DNA of 64,000 nt from Squalus acanthias (taxonomy: Eukaryota), in assembly GCA_030390025.1 (NCBI GenBank), contig CM059432.1, positions 76,510,001 to 76,574,000 on the forward strand. Direction: 5' to 3'. Below the pieces are notes generated by a model. The model did not search any database. It was given only the letters and a program-made list of their open reading frames with translations, and had not been told where the DNA came from. Shown piece by piece: positions 1-15,119 of this stretch; within the stretch, counting starts at the first letter, position 1; each line of letters starts with the position of its first letter. A program made the position numbers and the translations under genes.

Positions 1-890
1 AAGGTGATTTAAATATGGGATTTTATTCCAAATATTGTTTGTGATGTTTTATTCAATTGTTGATGTTAACTGATTTCAATGTAGTCATTCTATACTTGCT
101 ATACGGGTTTTGTATAAAAAGCTAATATTAGAGTGAAATGTTCCGTGTTATTTTGCTACTGTAAAATCACAGACTTTTTACCCCATCAAGATAACTTGCT
201 GTATAATAGTTGCAATTCCACTGTTGTTAAATAATTAATAATGAGCTAAAGTACTGCACTCTTTTCTGGGTTTGAAAGGCCATTTGTTTAATTTTTGATC
301 CTCTCCAGTTTCTATCTATTGTTCTGGTCTGAAAATTTATTTCCAGCCAAACCATGTGTCATATGACAGACCATACTCTATCAATGGCTCTGAAAATAAA
401 ACTCCTTATTTAGATTGCAGAAAGTGCAGCCTACAAACCTTTAGCTGGTTAAGAAAATATTATAGCCCTGATCTAAACTTAAACCGTCAGAATGGAATTG
501 TTTGTCTTGCTTTTCTATAATGAACCTTTTTTTGATGTTAATCAATAACATGACTTTCTGATACTTTTACCTTCAGCTCTGTGAGATCTTGTCAATGAAA
601 TCATCACTCACTGTAGAAATGTCAGCATCTTACAGAATGCCCATGACGGAAAATAGTAACATAAAAGAACAAGGCATGAAAAGCAGGGAAGTGAAGAAAA
701 CAGTGACAATGGTTTTGATGAATTATTCTGTAATTAATCTGAACTGACTACAAAATCTGAAATTTTTCAAACATGTAGATCCTGCCAAACAGTAGCAGAT
801 GGAAGCCGTAAAATTTTCAGTATCCATTTTGGAAGGTAACCACAGTCATATGAGTGATATGGGATTAGTCTATCCAGCTCCACACTTGCA

Positions 891-3496
891 TATAAGAACA
901 TAAGAAGTAAGAGCAGGAGTAGGCCATACGGCCCCTCGAGCCTGCTCCGTCATTCAATAAGATCATGGCTGATCATCGACCTCAACTCCACTTTCCCGCC
1001 CGATCTCCATATCCCTTGATTCTCCTTGAGTCCAAAAATCTAACTATCTCAGCCTTGAATATACTCAAAGACACAGCATTCACAGCCCTCTGGCGCAGAG
1101 AATTCCAAAGATTCACAACCCTCTGACTGAAGAAATTCCTCCTCGTCTCCGTCTTAAGTGGCCTACCCCTTATCCTGAGACTATGCCCCCTAGCTGTAGA
1201 CACTCCAGCCAGGGGAAACAACCTCTCAGCATCTACCCTGTCAATCTCCTTCACAATCTTGTATGTTTCAATGAGATCACCTCTCATTCTTCTAAACTCC
1301 AGAGAGTATAGGCCCATTCTACACAATCTCTCATCATAGGGTAGCCCTCTCATCCCAGGAATCAATCTAGTGAACTTTTGTTGCAACGCCTCCAAGGCAA
1401 GTATATCCTTCCTTAGATAAGGAGACCAGAACTGTGCACAGTACTCCAGGTGTGGTCTCGCCAAGGCCCTGTACAATTGTAGCAAGACTTCCTTACTCCT
1501 ATACTCCAACCCCCTTGCAATAAAGGCCAACATGCCATTTGCCTCCCTTATTGCTTGCTGTACCTGCAGCTAGCTTTCTGTGTTTCTTGCACGAGGACAC
1601 CCAAATCTCTCTGAACATTTGAAAGTTTCTCACCATTTAAAAAATATTCTGTTTTTCTATTCTTCCTACCAAAGTGAATAACCTCACATTTCCCTACATT
1701 ATATTCCATCTGCCACCTTACTGCCCACTCACTTAGTCTATCTATATCCCTTTGCAGACTCTTGTGTTCTCCTCACAGCTTACTGTCCCACCTAGCTTTG
1801 TATCATCAGCAAACCTGGATACATTACACTCGGTCCCTTCATCTAGGTCATTAATATAGATTGTAAATAGCTGAGGCCCCAACACTATTCCTTGCGGCAC
1901 TCCACTAGTTACAGCCTGCCAACCTGAAAAAGATCCGTTTATCCCTACTCTGTTTTCTGTCTGTTAACCAATCCTCTATCCATGCTACTATATTACCCCC
2001 AACCCCATGAGTCCTAATCTTGTGTAATAATCTTTTATGTGGCACCTTATCGAATGCCTTTTGGAAATCCAAATATACTACATCCACTTGTTCCCCTTTA
2101 TCTACCCTGCTAGTTACATCCTCAAAAAACTCTAATAAATTTGTCAAACATGATTTCCCTTTCATAAAACCATGTTGACTCTGCCTAATCATGTTATGAT
2201 TTTCTAAGTGACTTGATACCACTTCCTTAACAATGGATTCCAGCATTTTCCCGACGACTGATGTCAGGCTAACTGGCCTGTAGTTCCCTGTTTTTTCTCT
2301 CCCTCCTTTCTTGAATAGCGGCGTTACATTTGCGACCTTCCAATCCGCTGGAACCTCTCCAGAATCTAGGGAATTTTGGAAGATCAAAACCAATGCATCC
2401 ACTATCTCTTCAGCCACCTCTTTTAGAACCCTAGGATGTAGGCCATCAGGTCCAGGGGATTTGTCGGCTTTTAGTCCCATTAGTTTCTCTAGTACTTTTT
2501 CTCTATTTATATTAATTACGTTAAGTTCCTCACCCTCTTAGACCCTTGATTCCTCACCATTTTTGGTATGCTTTTTGTGTCTTCTACTGTGAAGACAGAT
2601 ACAAAATATTTGTTTAATGTTTCTGCCATTCCCTTATTCCCCATAATAATTTTTCCTGTCTCAGCCTCTAAGGGTCCAACGTTTACTTTTGCTACTCTTT
2701 TCCTTTTTACATACTTGTAGAAACTCTTACAATCTGCTTTTATATTTCTTGCTAGTTTTCTCTCGTATTCTATTTTTTCCTTTTTTATCAATTTTTTGGT
2801 CAACCTTTGCTGGTCCTCAGGCTTACTATTATTCTTCGCAACATTATAAGCTTCTTCTTTCAAAATAATGCTATCCTTAACTTCTTTAGTTAGCCACGGT
2901 TGGATCACTTTTCCCGTGGAGTTTTTGTTTCTCAATGGAATATATTTTTGTTGAGAATTATGAAATATTTCTTTAAATACTAGCCACTGCTTATCTACCG
3001 CCATACCCTTTAATCTATTTTTCCAATCTAGCTTAGCTAACTCACCCCTCATACCTCTGTAATTGCCTTTATTTAAGTTTAAGACTCTAGTTTCGGACTT
3101 AGGCAAGTCACTCTCAAAATTAATGTAAAATTCTATCATATTATGATCACTCTGCCCCAGCGGATCCTTTACTATGAGATTGCTAATTAACCCTGTCTCA
3201 TTACACAATACAAGATCTAAAATAGCCTGTTCCGTGGTTGGTTCCATGACATATTGTTCTAGGAAACTGTCCCAAATGCATTCCATGAACTCGTCCTCCA
3301 GACTACCTTTGCCAATTTGATTTGTCCAGTCTATATGAAGATTAAAGTCCCCCAAGATTATTGCATTACCTTTGTTGCAAGCTCCTACTATTTCTTGATT
3401 AATATTCTGTCCAACGGTATAGCTACTGTTAGGGGGCCTATATACTACTCCCACCAGTGTTTTCTGCCCCTTGTTATTCCTTATCTCCACCCATAT
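891..3496 (-). mobile_element. CR1 LINE (family A), 5'-truncated within the APE domain, frameshifted
   Basis: ORFs 2516-3547 (APE: VVYRPP, GDFN, SDH), 1905-2480 (RT: SPGPDG, YLDFQKAFDKV) and 982-1533 (C-terminus LEYCAQFWSP..RNFFSQRVVNLWNSL); (TTCTTATG)n-type tail at about 891-907. Confidence 0.95.
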
Positions 3497-6400
3497 GTTA
3501 TGTATATCCTTCACTTCCTCAATTTTCTGTAATTTTACTGTTTTCATTCATGGACATTGTATAAGATAGTAGCATTTTGATGAAGGTGACAATTTTAATA
3601 TACTTATTGTACTACACTAACCACAATATAGATACATCAGTTTATAAAGGTCCATCTACTTTGTCCATGTTAGGTCATCAAGCTTTCACTATCACTTGTT
3701 CAGATATTTCCTTAAAAAAATTTGAACTCCAGTGTTCTCTCTATCTATGTATTTCAGCATGTATATGTGCATGCATTTTATGTATTAAAATGCCATCTTT
3801 TGGAAGCGTACAATATAAGAGGGGTTCTTCTATTGGGTTCTCTATTTGTCTGAAAGCCATAAACAACGCACATTATTTCAGAGCTCAACCTGGGGTGTAT
3901 TTTCCTCTGTTTGCTAATGTTAATGAAAACCTTGTCAATATAATTCTTTTCCCCACTTTATATGCACACTGTTTTGCTAACATTAGTAAGCAGAGGATAT
4001 TGTACACTCTTGTGACATAAGTGCCTTATAAAAAAGGCATGCTGGAGAATATATATGGATTAATAGATATAGTACCCACTGTTATACTGTGACATTGGTA
4101 TCTGTATAGTGTGATGCTCAGAGTTACACTGCTGGCTGCATTTCATACTCTGGCCAGTGAAAGAAGAGTGGGAAGTGTGTGTATGCATCCATAGAGCCAT
4201 GCTCCCATGAAAGCTACTTTTTAAAGTTTTGAGACAGTGGGAGAGGAGGAAGAGCGTTACTTCTCTTATCATTAAAAACATTCCATACTGAGTTAAAAAC
4301 AAGTTCCCAGGAAATCCAATCGACCATCTGGGCACTTTTAAACCAGTCTTAGTGCCATACCAGAGTTGCACTAAACCCACTGCAAAGTCAAAAGTGTTCT
4401 CATATTTCCCAGTTTCAGTGCGCTAGTGAATGAGATCACCTACCTGACTCATGAATTATACTGCTTGTTTTGCATATATGTGCATCAGAAACCACTTTGC
4501 ATCAACATGGAAGTGTTATCATAACTGCAGCCGTAGCAACAGATTCACCAATATTTCTGCAAAATAGGTATGTCAAACTGGTGACATTTAGAACGCTGAG
4601 TCCACTGCCCTGAAGCTGTCACCGTGTGACTTGCTGTGCTTACACCAGTCAGTGAAATACAACAAATATAGAAAATGAACAGTGAATACAACAGTTACTG
4701 AAGAAAAGCCATACGTTAAATTTAAGGATTATTTAAAGCAAGCAACTCCAAAAAAGTAGTGATTTAGCACGTGCTGCTTTTGTCATACCCGAATCACATC
4801 TTGCAGATTTGCTTGGCTTCTCTGACAACGTAGAGGGAACGTCCATTAGTGCCTTATGCACAGCACCCACATAATGAATAGGCAATGCTCATTCACGGCA
4901 ATTATCTTGGGACTTTTGGAGCTTCCCCCTGCACAATCAGGACATTTACATACAGCATGTCATGTTGAGGTGACAAATTTTCTAGGACAGTATTACCATC
5001 TGTCACCAACTGAGCTCTGTGACACTCAGGGTCTCACCAAATAAGCTCAGGCCCCATTCACGATAAAAGCACTGTAATTTCTGACTGTTTAAATTCCTAC
5101 CTGTGTTCACCCTGCATTGAGTGAAGCGTAGTTCACTTGTAAAAAAAATGAGCAGCTAGCTTTATACTAAAACAGGCTAGTGCACTGCACAGAGATGTAA
5201 CCCTGGGCACCTCTGGGGTTCTTAAAACTACTCAAGATGGAGGATATCAATGTTTGTTATCTTGTACACAATGTATGGGGGAAGCAGGGGTAAGTATATG
5301 TAGCATCTGGTGGTCAAAACCAGAGAAGGGATATAGTAAAAATATAGCAAAATAACAGCAGATGCTCAAAAATGAATCTGAACACGCCAGTGCAATCAGA
5401 TTAATGCTGGATAAGAATAAGTACCGTGCCTTCTGCGGAAAATTCTGCTGTGCCAATCTTTTTAACCCTGGGTTTCCTGCATCGATGTAAAGTGCTTGTA
5501 CCTGCGTATTAAAATAATCAGAATATACAAAACTTTTCATTCCGTTTCAAGCTATCCCTTTTATATTTTAGTTTATAGTACTCTTTTTCAAATTTACTTG
5601 CAGAACTGATTAAAAGCACCAAGCCCGAGTTTAAAGGAAACTGCTGTCGGGCAGTTGTTTATCTACAAAGTCTAAAAACAATTCTATTCAGAAATGGATA
5701 CAACAGTTTCAGCACATAACACTAGCTGAACTTTACTAACAAAGAATCACATAATGATCCCTGCATTTGGCTCACAGCCTGAAAATGTTACTCCGGTATC
5801 TTGCATAATAATAAGGGATCAATTCGCAAGGAAGGTTTTATTAATAAAATGTAACTCTAGAACATGTTGGCAGCATTTCTGATTCCCTCTACAAACAGGA
5901 TATTATAGTTTTCCATTTTACCTAACACTTACAAGCAGTGCAAGTACATTCTCTGCGTTCTCTTCATTCAATTTTTTTTTAAGTTAAGCATTTTGGTCAT
6001 GTCTGTCAAACATAGGTCTGAAAATATGCACTGTTCCACCTTTTCCTCAATCCTGTGTTCCTGTACCATCATTACTAAGGCAGTTTGCAGCACCTTACTG
6101 GAAATCCTGGAGTCATACTGTAGCTAACATCCTTCCACAGATTTAACACAGGCTGGAGTAAAGCATCCATGTTATGCCTGAGTCAGCCTGCTTGTGCTGG
6201 AACTGTGTATCAAAAGACTGCTCCAATCCACGTTTAAAAGCTTGGACTAACATTAGATTTCATATGATTTATAAAATAAACATAGAAAGATATATTATAT
6301 TATTACAAAGCTATATTTCTGGAAGGATTAAGAATTATTAACCATTACCTTTTTAAAAAAATATACGTTTTTGAACATGACGACGAAAGGGGAAAATTTT

Positions 6401-6799
6401 CAGCACTGAGAAAGCAGATTAGGATTGCAGCTCCGCCTTAAATTTATAGAATTCCCAGTGAGAGATCACTGGGGAAATAGCACCTCTCTTCTGTCCCATA
6501 AAATTAATAGCTGAAAATCAGAGCCCTCATTCGCAGCATCCTCCAAGGGAGCTCAGGGGGCCTTGTTTAGTATGCAATAATATCAGCTAGCACTAAAATA
6601 GTGAAATTGGAGGAGAATGCCCACAGTAAGACTTTAAATCCAGAGTAGACTGCGTCAATATATTTAAAAAGGCTGTGCAAATGCAAAAGTTACAAATGCT
6701 CAGCAATATTTCGAATTCCTTCAATAAAGCTTGAAAGCTATCCCTTCCTTCGCTTTCTTGTTGGTGGTCGGAGCCCATCCCCCAGATATTTGGCACAGC

Positions 6800-7220
6800 C
6801 CCAGCAGATTAATGCTGTGCAGCCTGAACGCGTGGCCGGAGAGAAATTAATCAAAAATCAACAGCCCACAGGATTAATTTAGTAGGTAAATTCCTGTCAT
6901 CACATAATCATCAGCAATGTAATATTTGACTTTCATCAAATCAGTTTCAGCCAAAGCAGCCAGGGATAATAACGGAACTGAGAAACAGCTGTTGTCCACC
7001 TCCCCCCATGGGCTTGGAGGAGGCGCCAAGTCTCCCAGTGTTAACGTGACCCGCTGCAGCAAACATTTCAAATGCAAACGCGAGAGGGCTTTTTTTTTCC
7101 TCTCCAGCATTATTATTCCCCTTTTTGCACGAGCAACATCGCGTCACTTCCATAGCGCAGATGCATTAGACATAGAGCGACCGTCTCGTTTAACTTCAAA
7201 CAACTTTTATTTTGCATAAA
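6800..7220. promoter_or_regulatory. Candidate conserved non-coding element/enhancer
   Basis: Unique, locally CpG-retaining patch with clustered TAAT/ATTA and TGCAAA/TTTGCA motifs inside a TE-free block; conservation not testable here. Confidence 0.3.
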
Positions 7221-10200
7221 AGACCCCCCCCCCCCCCCATTTGATACTCGAAGGTGTTTCCTGCACAGTAACGGATAAGATTTCTTCCCCATTATCCTCC
7301 TGAAAATGATCGCAGCCATAGGAAACAACGAAACAAGACCAGAGCAACCCCAAATGCAAAGCATTTGATATTCAGTGGCTGCTAACTGCCCAAGTACTTC
7401 ATTTGCTGCTTTCAAAACCTGCACCCTTTGTATCCGGTAAAACTTAGGCTGGCTATTCAATAAACGTTATTATTTACGGTAGATGCAGATGGTTGCTTCA
7501 TTAAAAAAATATTGGTGCAATACCAAAAATTAGTCTAATCTTGTTTCGATTTTACTGCATAAATGCATCTAAGCCTAAGGTTAACTATCCCCTTCTCTCT
7601 AAAAATTCCTATGTATAAATTCAGGATGAATATTTTATAGAGAACCCCGACTTTTAAGGTTAAATGCAATCAAACGATTTTTCTTATTTATCTTTGCGTC
7701 AATTCAGACTTTCGCCTCATAACCTCTCACTCCTGTCGGCTGTTTTACAGAGACTGACAACAGTTTGAATAATGCTGACAAGCTTGTTTACAGTCTTCAG
7801 CACTGTTTAGTCTGAATTTATCAGACGTTCTTAGATAAAGAGGATGAGGACTATGGTTCTGTGGGCAGATCACGACTGTCAATTAAAAGGGAGACAACAT
7901 CGCCCAGCATCTTACATCCTTGGCATTATATAACCTGAAAATGCATATGTGTTTCTACTTTAGATATATATTTAAAACTATAAACTAATTGTGCTATATT
8001 GTGGAAGGAGCAACTAACATCCTAATTTTAATGTGTTGAATTTCTACAAACATTTTTTAAAAGCTCACAAGAATAGTCACATTTACTCTGAAATTAAAAA
8101 TGTTACTCCCTTAAATTGCCTTGTTTGACTTGAAACAAGAATTCTAGCCTTGCCATGTTATTTTGACTATAGAGTAAAACTACTCCAAAGAGCCATAATA
8201 CAGAGATGTATTGCAGTGCTCCTTTTGGTTGTTTTGCTAAAATGCATTGTACAATCGCTCAAATCAAATGTGACCAGCACACTGTTCCATTGCATATACC
8301 TTGCTCCCTTCACAAGGTTCTATGCATTTGTTAATGTAATTATATTACCATGGAGTAATTATTCAGGGCCCCAAGGAGAACAGTGAATAGACAGCATCAG
8401 AGTAGTGCACTCATTAAAGCTATTGTCGTCCTTGAAGATTAAATTTATAATCTCAGGTCTGTGGAAGGCCCGAGGTATACAAACATAGATGTTGTATATT
8501 TGTACTTGATCTTTTTTTGTTATGGTATGAAAAGGAAATTCAACATTAGCAGCACAGTTGGAGTGGATGGTCCAGGTTTAATGTGAAACACTGCTTTACA
8601 TTAGCAACTCCTCCCATGCATTTACTTGTAATATGTCAGACAGGGAGCACTTCTTCTCAAATCCCAGGGCCTACCAGGTTTAGTTTAAATTAAATTTTGC
8701 AGAATATCTAAGTCTATTACAGGAAATTAGGAAGCACTAACATCTCAGCATGGCTATCACTCACTTTTATTGAGTCTTTTTGACCGGTCTTTCTTAGCTT
8801 CATGTGCACCTGTCGATAAACTGCAATTCATTGTTAAGAGTTGTGTTGACAAATTGGTGCACATTAACGCTCACAGTAGCTGCCCAAGGCAGCAGCACTA
8901 GAGGGGATCAGTGCAGCTTCTTCTCTCTTCCTCTCTCTTTTAAACACAATGCAGTCAAAGAGATACATCACAAAGCAGGTCATATAGAGGCTCGAACATT
9001 ACCAGAAACATGACTACATCATTTTCTAAAAAGAAGTGGGAGGGAATCAGACATTTATTTTGCCATTCTGTTGAGAATCAGCTGCTCTTCTTCAACCAGA
9101 TTTATAGAATCATTAACCCTTTCGAAGAATGTTTGAGAACATAGAAGAATCCTCATATTCAGTAGATTAAGAGGGACAACATACTCATAAGATGCGTGCA
9201 TAACAAGAATATTTCTGGCTGTACTTACTAAGCTTAAGCAAAGTAGAAATATGCTTATACAGCATTAATGTGTTGCATCAATGAGATTTACAAATGGCGT
9301 GTGTGTATTTGGCAGTATTAGAAAGTGGTGGACAGCCCAGTATCTCTGGTAGTCATCAAGCTAACATTGCATGCTGGACAGCTAAACTAACCTGCACGGA
9401 GCTATTCAACTAGCGAGGTAGTGGGGAAGGAAACTAACAGGATTGGTACCATCTTGCAAAAGTACATCTCTGTTGGCTGATGTTGTCTGTGTCTCAGTCT
9501 GTCCTGCTGTCCTTTCTGATCGAAAAGGGAGGTGTGCAGTGATGGATCTAGAAGAGAAGGAAAAAGGAAATTACAAATGGGTTCCCGGTCTTTATTATAT
9601 ATAAGAGGTAGAACTCTACAGTAGCTTCAGTTATGCCAGGGTCACAGAAATGAGAAAATCAATAAAAACAGACTTTCTATGATAGCCCCACCTGTATACC
9701 CCATTGCACCTCCCCCTTCTCCTGCATTGAAATATTGTACACGTTTTCTGATTTGCCATTTATTTCCTAGTTTTGTTTTCCTACCATCACTTTTTATTTT
9801 GCTTTTGACTGCATCCATTAACTTCTGGTTTTGATTTATTATTTTTCATTACAACCTTTCCATCCGATTTAAGGCAAATGAGCTACAAATAGTGGTGCAG
9901 AAGGATTAGGCCTTGATCCTCCTGCACATAATGGAGGTCTGAACTGAAGGTTCTGGATAATTTCCACATAGATGTTTGATATCTCTTATGTATATTTTCC
10001 GTGAATGGTGCTTAATGTTATCAAGTCAATTTTCAGAAATACACAAACATTTCTGTAGCTAACTTTTCTGAATAGAATCTAAATTTCTAGTACTTTGATG
10101 CAGAAGCATCATTGCAGCCCTTAAATGGTTAGTAGGGCCCATTGTTGAGCAGAACCAGGACAAAGACTTGCAAAGGAATACAGAAGCAGCTGGTTCAATT

Positions 10201-13200
10201 TAAAGGAATAGAGGTTATTTAATTTTCTTCAGACGTATATACAGCTGGCAGAGCAGCACTGACCAAATCCTTTGAAAAAAAATCAGCTTAATAAACATGC
10301 AGAAAATGACACAAATGAGGTGCAAAAGTGTGCCGGGTTATTCTAATGACTGGATTAACAGCGGGTAGATTAACGGGCTGTCTTTGTAGGAGCTGGTGTC
10401 CCATTTTTTTCACCCAGTGGTTCAAAAAAGTATTAGATTCTTATGTAACCTCAGATGATATTTTATCTCCGTTATCATGGGAAACGCATACCTATTTTTT
10501 GTGATCAAATATTTGTAACCAGTTTTAGTTATTGATCACATTGGAATGTAATAATACTTTTGTTCCTTTACATTTAGGTGCACTCCCACTAGTTAAATAG
10601 TGAATTCCGCTGTCATCTCCTACACTTCTCTAAACACAGCAATGCTTTTTAAACTGGGGGGAGGGGTGGGGTCCAATAAGAATGATTGCAACACACATTA
10701 GTAGTCTGTGCAACTTTCATTGGGAGTAAGAGCCATAAGCTTTCTCAACATGGAATTTAAATGCAAAGGTTTCTTATTTTTAGATTCTAATGATGATGCT
10801 ATTTGTCTTCTTAAAGTTACCATGCCTCATACAGTGAAAAACAATGAAAATGCATCCAAACCTGCTCACTGAAAACTTGATGATGCCATGAATTACAGTA
10901 GTCTGCATTCAAGTTTGTAAATAAACATCAATACAATAAGTGTTTATTCAATTCCTGTTTTAATTTTAAAAAGAGGCATCAGGTTCAATGTTACCTCCTT
11001 TAAGGAGACACCATTGCTGTTGTCTGTTGATATATAAAAAAAATTTCAATTACTATATTCATGTTTAACTTTATACTGTTTTTTCTCATATATGACAGCC
11101 TTAATATATCAGGAAAGGTAAATGATAAATATATTCTAGATACAGACTTTTTTTTGGAGCAGTGTGTTCCTCTTGGAATAACGTGAGATGTGAAACTCCA
11201 GCAGCCATTCACATTTGTCACAATCCTTGACAAAATGTGCACAGTTTGCAGTTTCTAAAACCAGAGAAAATGTTCTCAATAATATCCTTCTGATAATAAC
11301 ATGCATTTTGCATGGCTCCTCAAAGACAGCAGTACAGAGTGGCTTCACTGTACTATACTGGAAATCTCCTGCAATTAGCTTTGTTTCGTGAACAGTATGT
11401 TGTATAATTTCTGTATTTCATTAGTATATTGTATATAGTGATCTAAATTTCAGGTATAGTATGTGTTACTGTTTTTCATTAGTTTTATATTTAAACACTC
11501 AAATCTATCTTCCAATAAATATATAGCATTCCCAGGGCCAATTGCAGTGGTTCCAAACCTGATAAACAATTAGAATTGCAATATGCCTTGTGTACAATCA
11601 AGTGTTATACCACTTGTCCTGGCATAATGCCCATAAAATATTTTTCCCATGTCAGCAACGTAATGTCATAATTGAGAATAAATGGCACCATGAAGAATAG
11701 ATTTTCCATAATGGTGTCACTAGAGTCAGTCCACAATCTATGCATCAATTTAGTTCCCATTTAAAATTAAAATGTACATCTAACTTATTATTCTTCATTT
11801 GAATTATTTAATTGAAATGTGGTATAAACAGAATGCATGTTCGATAGCCCACTTGTGATGTTGACCATAACTTGCTATTCATGAGTTAGCAGATCAACCT
11901 GCTGATGATATATATCTCACAGCTCTTCATCACGCGACCTTCATAATCCTTTAGACAAAAAGATAACAAATAAAATTATAAAGAATTTATTCAAGGTCAT
12001 ATTTTAGTGTCTCAATGCAAAGTTGCACTAAATTAGTTATGTTGTACTGCTTCATTAAGCTTTACTTTATAAATCATCTGTTTAGTACAAATGTATCAAT
12101 CCATTTACACCACTGTTCATTCCTGAAACTATTTAAACCAACATTGACTATCACATCACAAACTGTGTAATAAAATAATGAAATTAATCCTAAGCCATTT
12201 TTCATCATTCTGTATCTAAACTCTATTTTGTTTTGAGTGTTTGTGGTTATCTATAAACAAATAAAGTCTTTACCCATGTCCTACGGCCTTAAATAAGTAG
12301 AGTTCATCTCTGGACAAATCTCTTAAAACACCTGACTTTCTTGTCACACATGTTTCTTATCAGATAATTTCTCATCAGCTAATCAATAATGCAACAGCAA
12401 ATTGCATTTAAATAAACATTAGCAACCATGTTAATGAACAAAACCCATCTGCAATTTGTCAAAGTCAGGAGCTCTGAACTCATTTGCTGTTCATTAGAAT
12501 ACAGCAGGATGGGCCTTTGATAGGATTTATCTATATTATAATTTGCATTTAAAAACAAAAAATAATGCCACAGATCTACTCCAAAGATGTGCTTGAACTG
12601 TGTTTTTTAAATCAAATTATATATCACATGTATTGCATTCTTTCCTGCTAACAATTCAAGGAAAAGGACATAATTTGCTGGATAGAAGCAATCTTGCGAA
12701 TGCACAATGCAGCAATAGTAGTGACGGAGTTTAAAATTGCATTAAATTCAAACTGCCTATATGGGAAGAGAAGGAAAGTATAAACCATGATCTCAATTGG
12801 CTGCTGGGTAAAAAGGCCCACATTGTGCTCTTTATAAGATCTGCTGGAAATTTGGTTAAATGATTTGGTCGCATTACGTTACATAGCATTTCTTACTGTG
12901 ATTTTTTTTGAGGGTCCTACACTTCAGAGTTATCCAAGTACATAGTGACTGTTTATTATTTAAACCTTTTGGCTTTTTTGATTTCTTAACAATAATGTAA
13001 CCATGTCAGCTGCATTTGTGTACTCTTTTTTGTTTAAGAAAAACATTTTTGCGAAACCCTTGTGAGAATAAAAAGGATCCAATCTATGTGTAGTTCGTCA
13101 TAATTTTATCCAGTTACACGCAATAACGAAATACTGCCTCTTTATTGTTGGGGAAAGGATCGATCACGTACTGGTCGCGATCAAGGAAGGACATCGAATG

Positions 13201-15119
13201 CAAATGGATTCAGTCAATTCCACTGAAACATCGTCATACGAGGACAGCCATATAATCAGGGTCAGCTTTCATACCAGCATGACAGAAGAGAATTTAGAAG
13301 TGAAGTGTTTTTGTTGAAAGCGTAATTTCTGAATCTGCCCATAAACACTGTTTCATCAGGCAGCTGTATTATCCATGCTAGGATTTCTTGCCTGGGTCTA
13401 GGAGTGGTACAATTAATCAATCTTTATGTAAAAAATGTAAATTGAACTTGTTTTGAAAAACCATATCATTTTGAAACAACTATTTTGCATTTTGTTTTCA
13501 GCAGTTTATTTTAATACTATAAAAAAGAAGAATGGAGGGCAAATCAAGCTTTAAGTAAAGAGCCTCAAAATTGTATTTGTCAATTTGAGCATTGTATTCA
13601 TTTCAGAAGAACTCATATCCAAATATTAACAAGAGTTCCCCACCAATATTACAATATATTTTTAACTGAAACAGAAATAGTTCAAAAGTAAATGTAATTA
13701 CTTTTAGAAATGGTCACTAACATTTTTGGTAATTATGTTACAGTCAGTTGCTCAATGATTTATATGCTTTGAAACATAATTATTAAGGTATTTCATATTC
13801 CCTCACTGTTACTCATTATCACCTTAGTGTATGAGTACAATTGTTATATTAGGACTCCAAAAATTACCAAAGAGTTGTCAGAATAAGGGCATAGTTCAAA
13901 TAATCATTGATGACGGCTGGAATAAGTAATTAAATGAGCAAGGAAAAAGAGAGAGTGTAGATTTGATTCAGAAATCAGTCCCTGCTGTAATTGGGTGAAA
14001 AGTCTAATGATAACACGCACCCCACCAGTCATGCAGGACACAACGTGCTTGCATGTAACAGAGCTAGAAACATGAAACTGAGCCAAAAAAAAGTATTCAC
14101 TTAACAAGAATTGACAGCTAGACATATTTGTTAATGGGTACAGATAGACTTTTAAAAAATCTCACTTATTAAGTGAGCAGCAATATAGACTTAATAGAGG
14201 CAATGCAAAAAAAATATTTAACACTGGAAAGTAAAGCAAACTCAGGAAATAATTCAAACTGCACCGAAGCTAACCATGGTGATGATCCTAATTACCATAA
14301 AACATACATAATCATATGTTATGTTCATTATATTTCATTTACTTTCAATGAACTGAGTTAAATTATGTTGTTCTGTGGGCAATGTGACACATTAATTTCT
14401 TTGATTAACAATTGTCTATCAAATGATTTAAGCACTTGCAGCATAAAAAATCCCTCAAAAACCTGAAGGATTAATAGGACAACATGGTGTTAAAAGTACA
14501 GTAATAATAATTAATTGAATCAATACCAGTAGTGTTCAGGATATTTTTCTGGTTTGCATTTATATAATCAATATAGGATATGAATGTAATTCCACGAAAT
14601 CAATGTAAACGGAGAAAGCAAATGATCATATAACACCTCAGTTTCCATTTTACTGTATTCTAATTTATACAATATGATGTTTACACATACAAATCACGTT
14701 GATTTATTTCCTTACAGCAATAGATCCTGATTCTTTACTGTATTTAAGTACATCAGAACACTCCCCACATTGAGTTTTACCAGTATGAAAATGACCTTTG
14801 TCAATGTGGAGCATAGCTATATAATTGTGTCTAATGTATGTAAACACTTAGGCCGCGATTTTGCCAGCGGAGGCGGGTTGGAGTCGGGTTGAGTGGTCAG
14901 TGGCTTCCGGTCCCGCTGCCGGCTTCAGCCGCTCCCAAATCAGGATTTTAATTTAACTGGGCTTATTAAGCCCGACGTGCGCTCTACCCGGCCCAATCAG
15001 TGGGTGTGGGTCTGCTGCTCGCCTCTGCTGACGTCTTCCATTCAGGAGCTTTTAAGGGGCCCATGTAGCCTTTGCATTTCATTTGGTTTATGCTACTCCT
15101 GAAAACGGGTCCTGTAAAA

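Noticed and set aside
3577..4380. 147-aa and 106-aa ORFs
   Set aside because: No recognisable domain, composition typical of random AT-rich frames, no splice support
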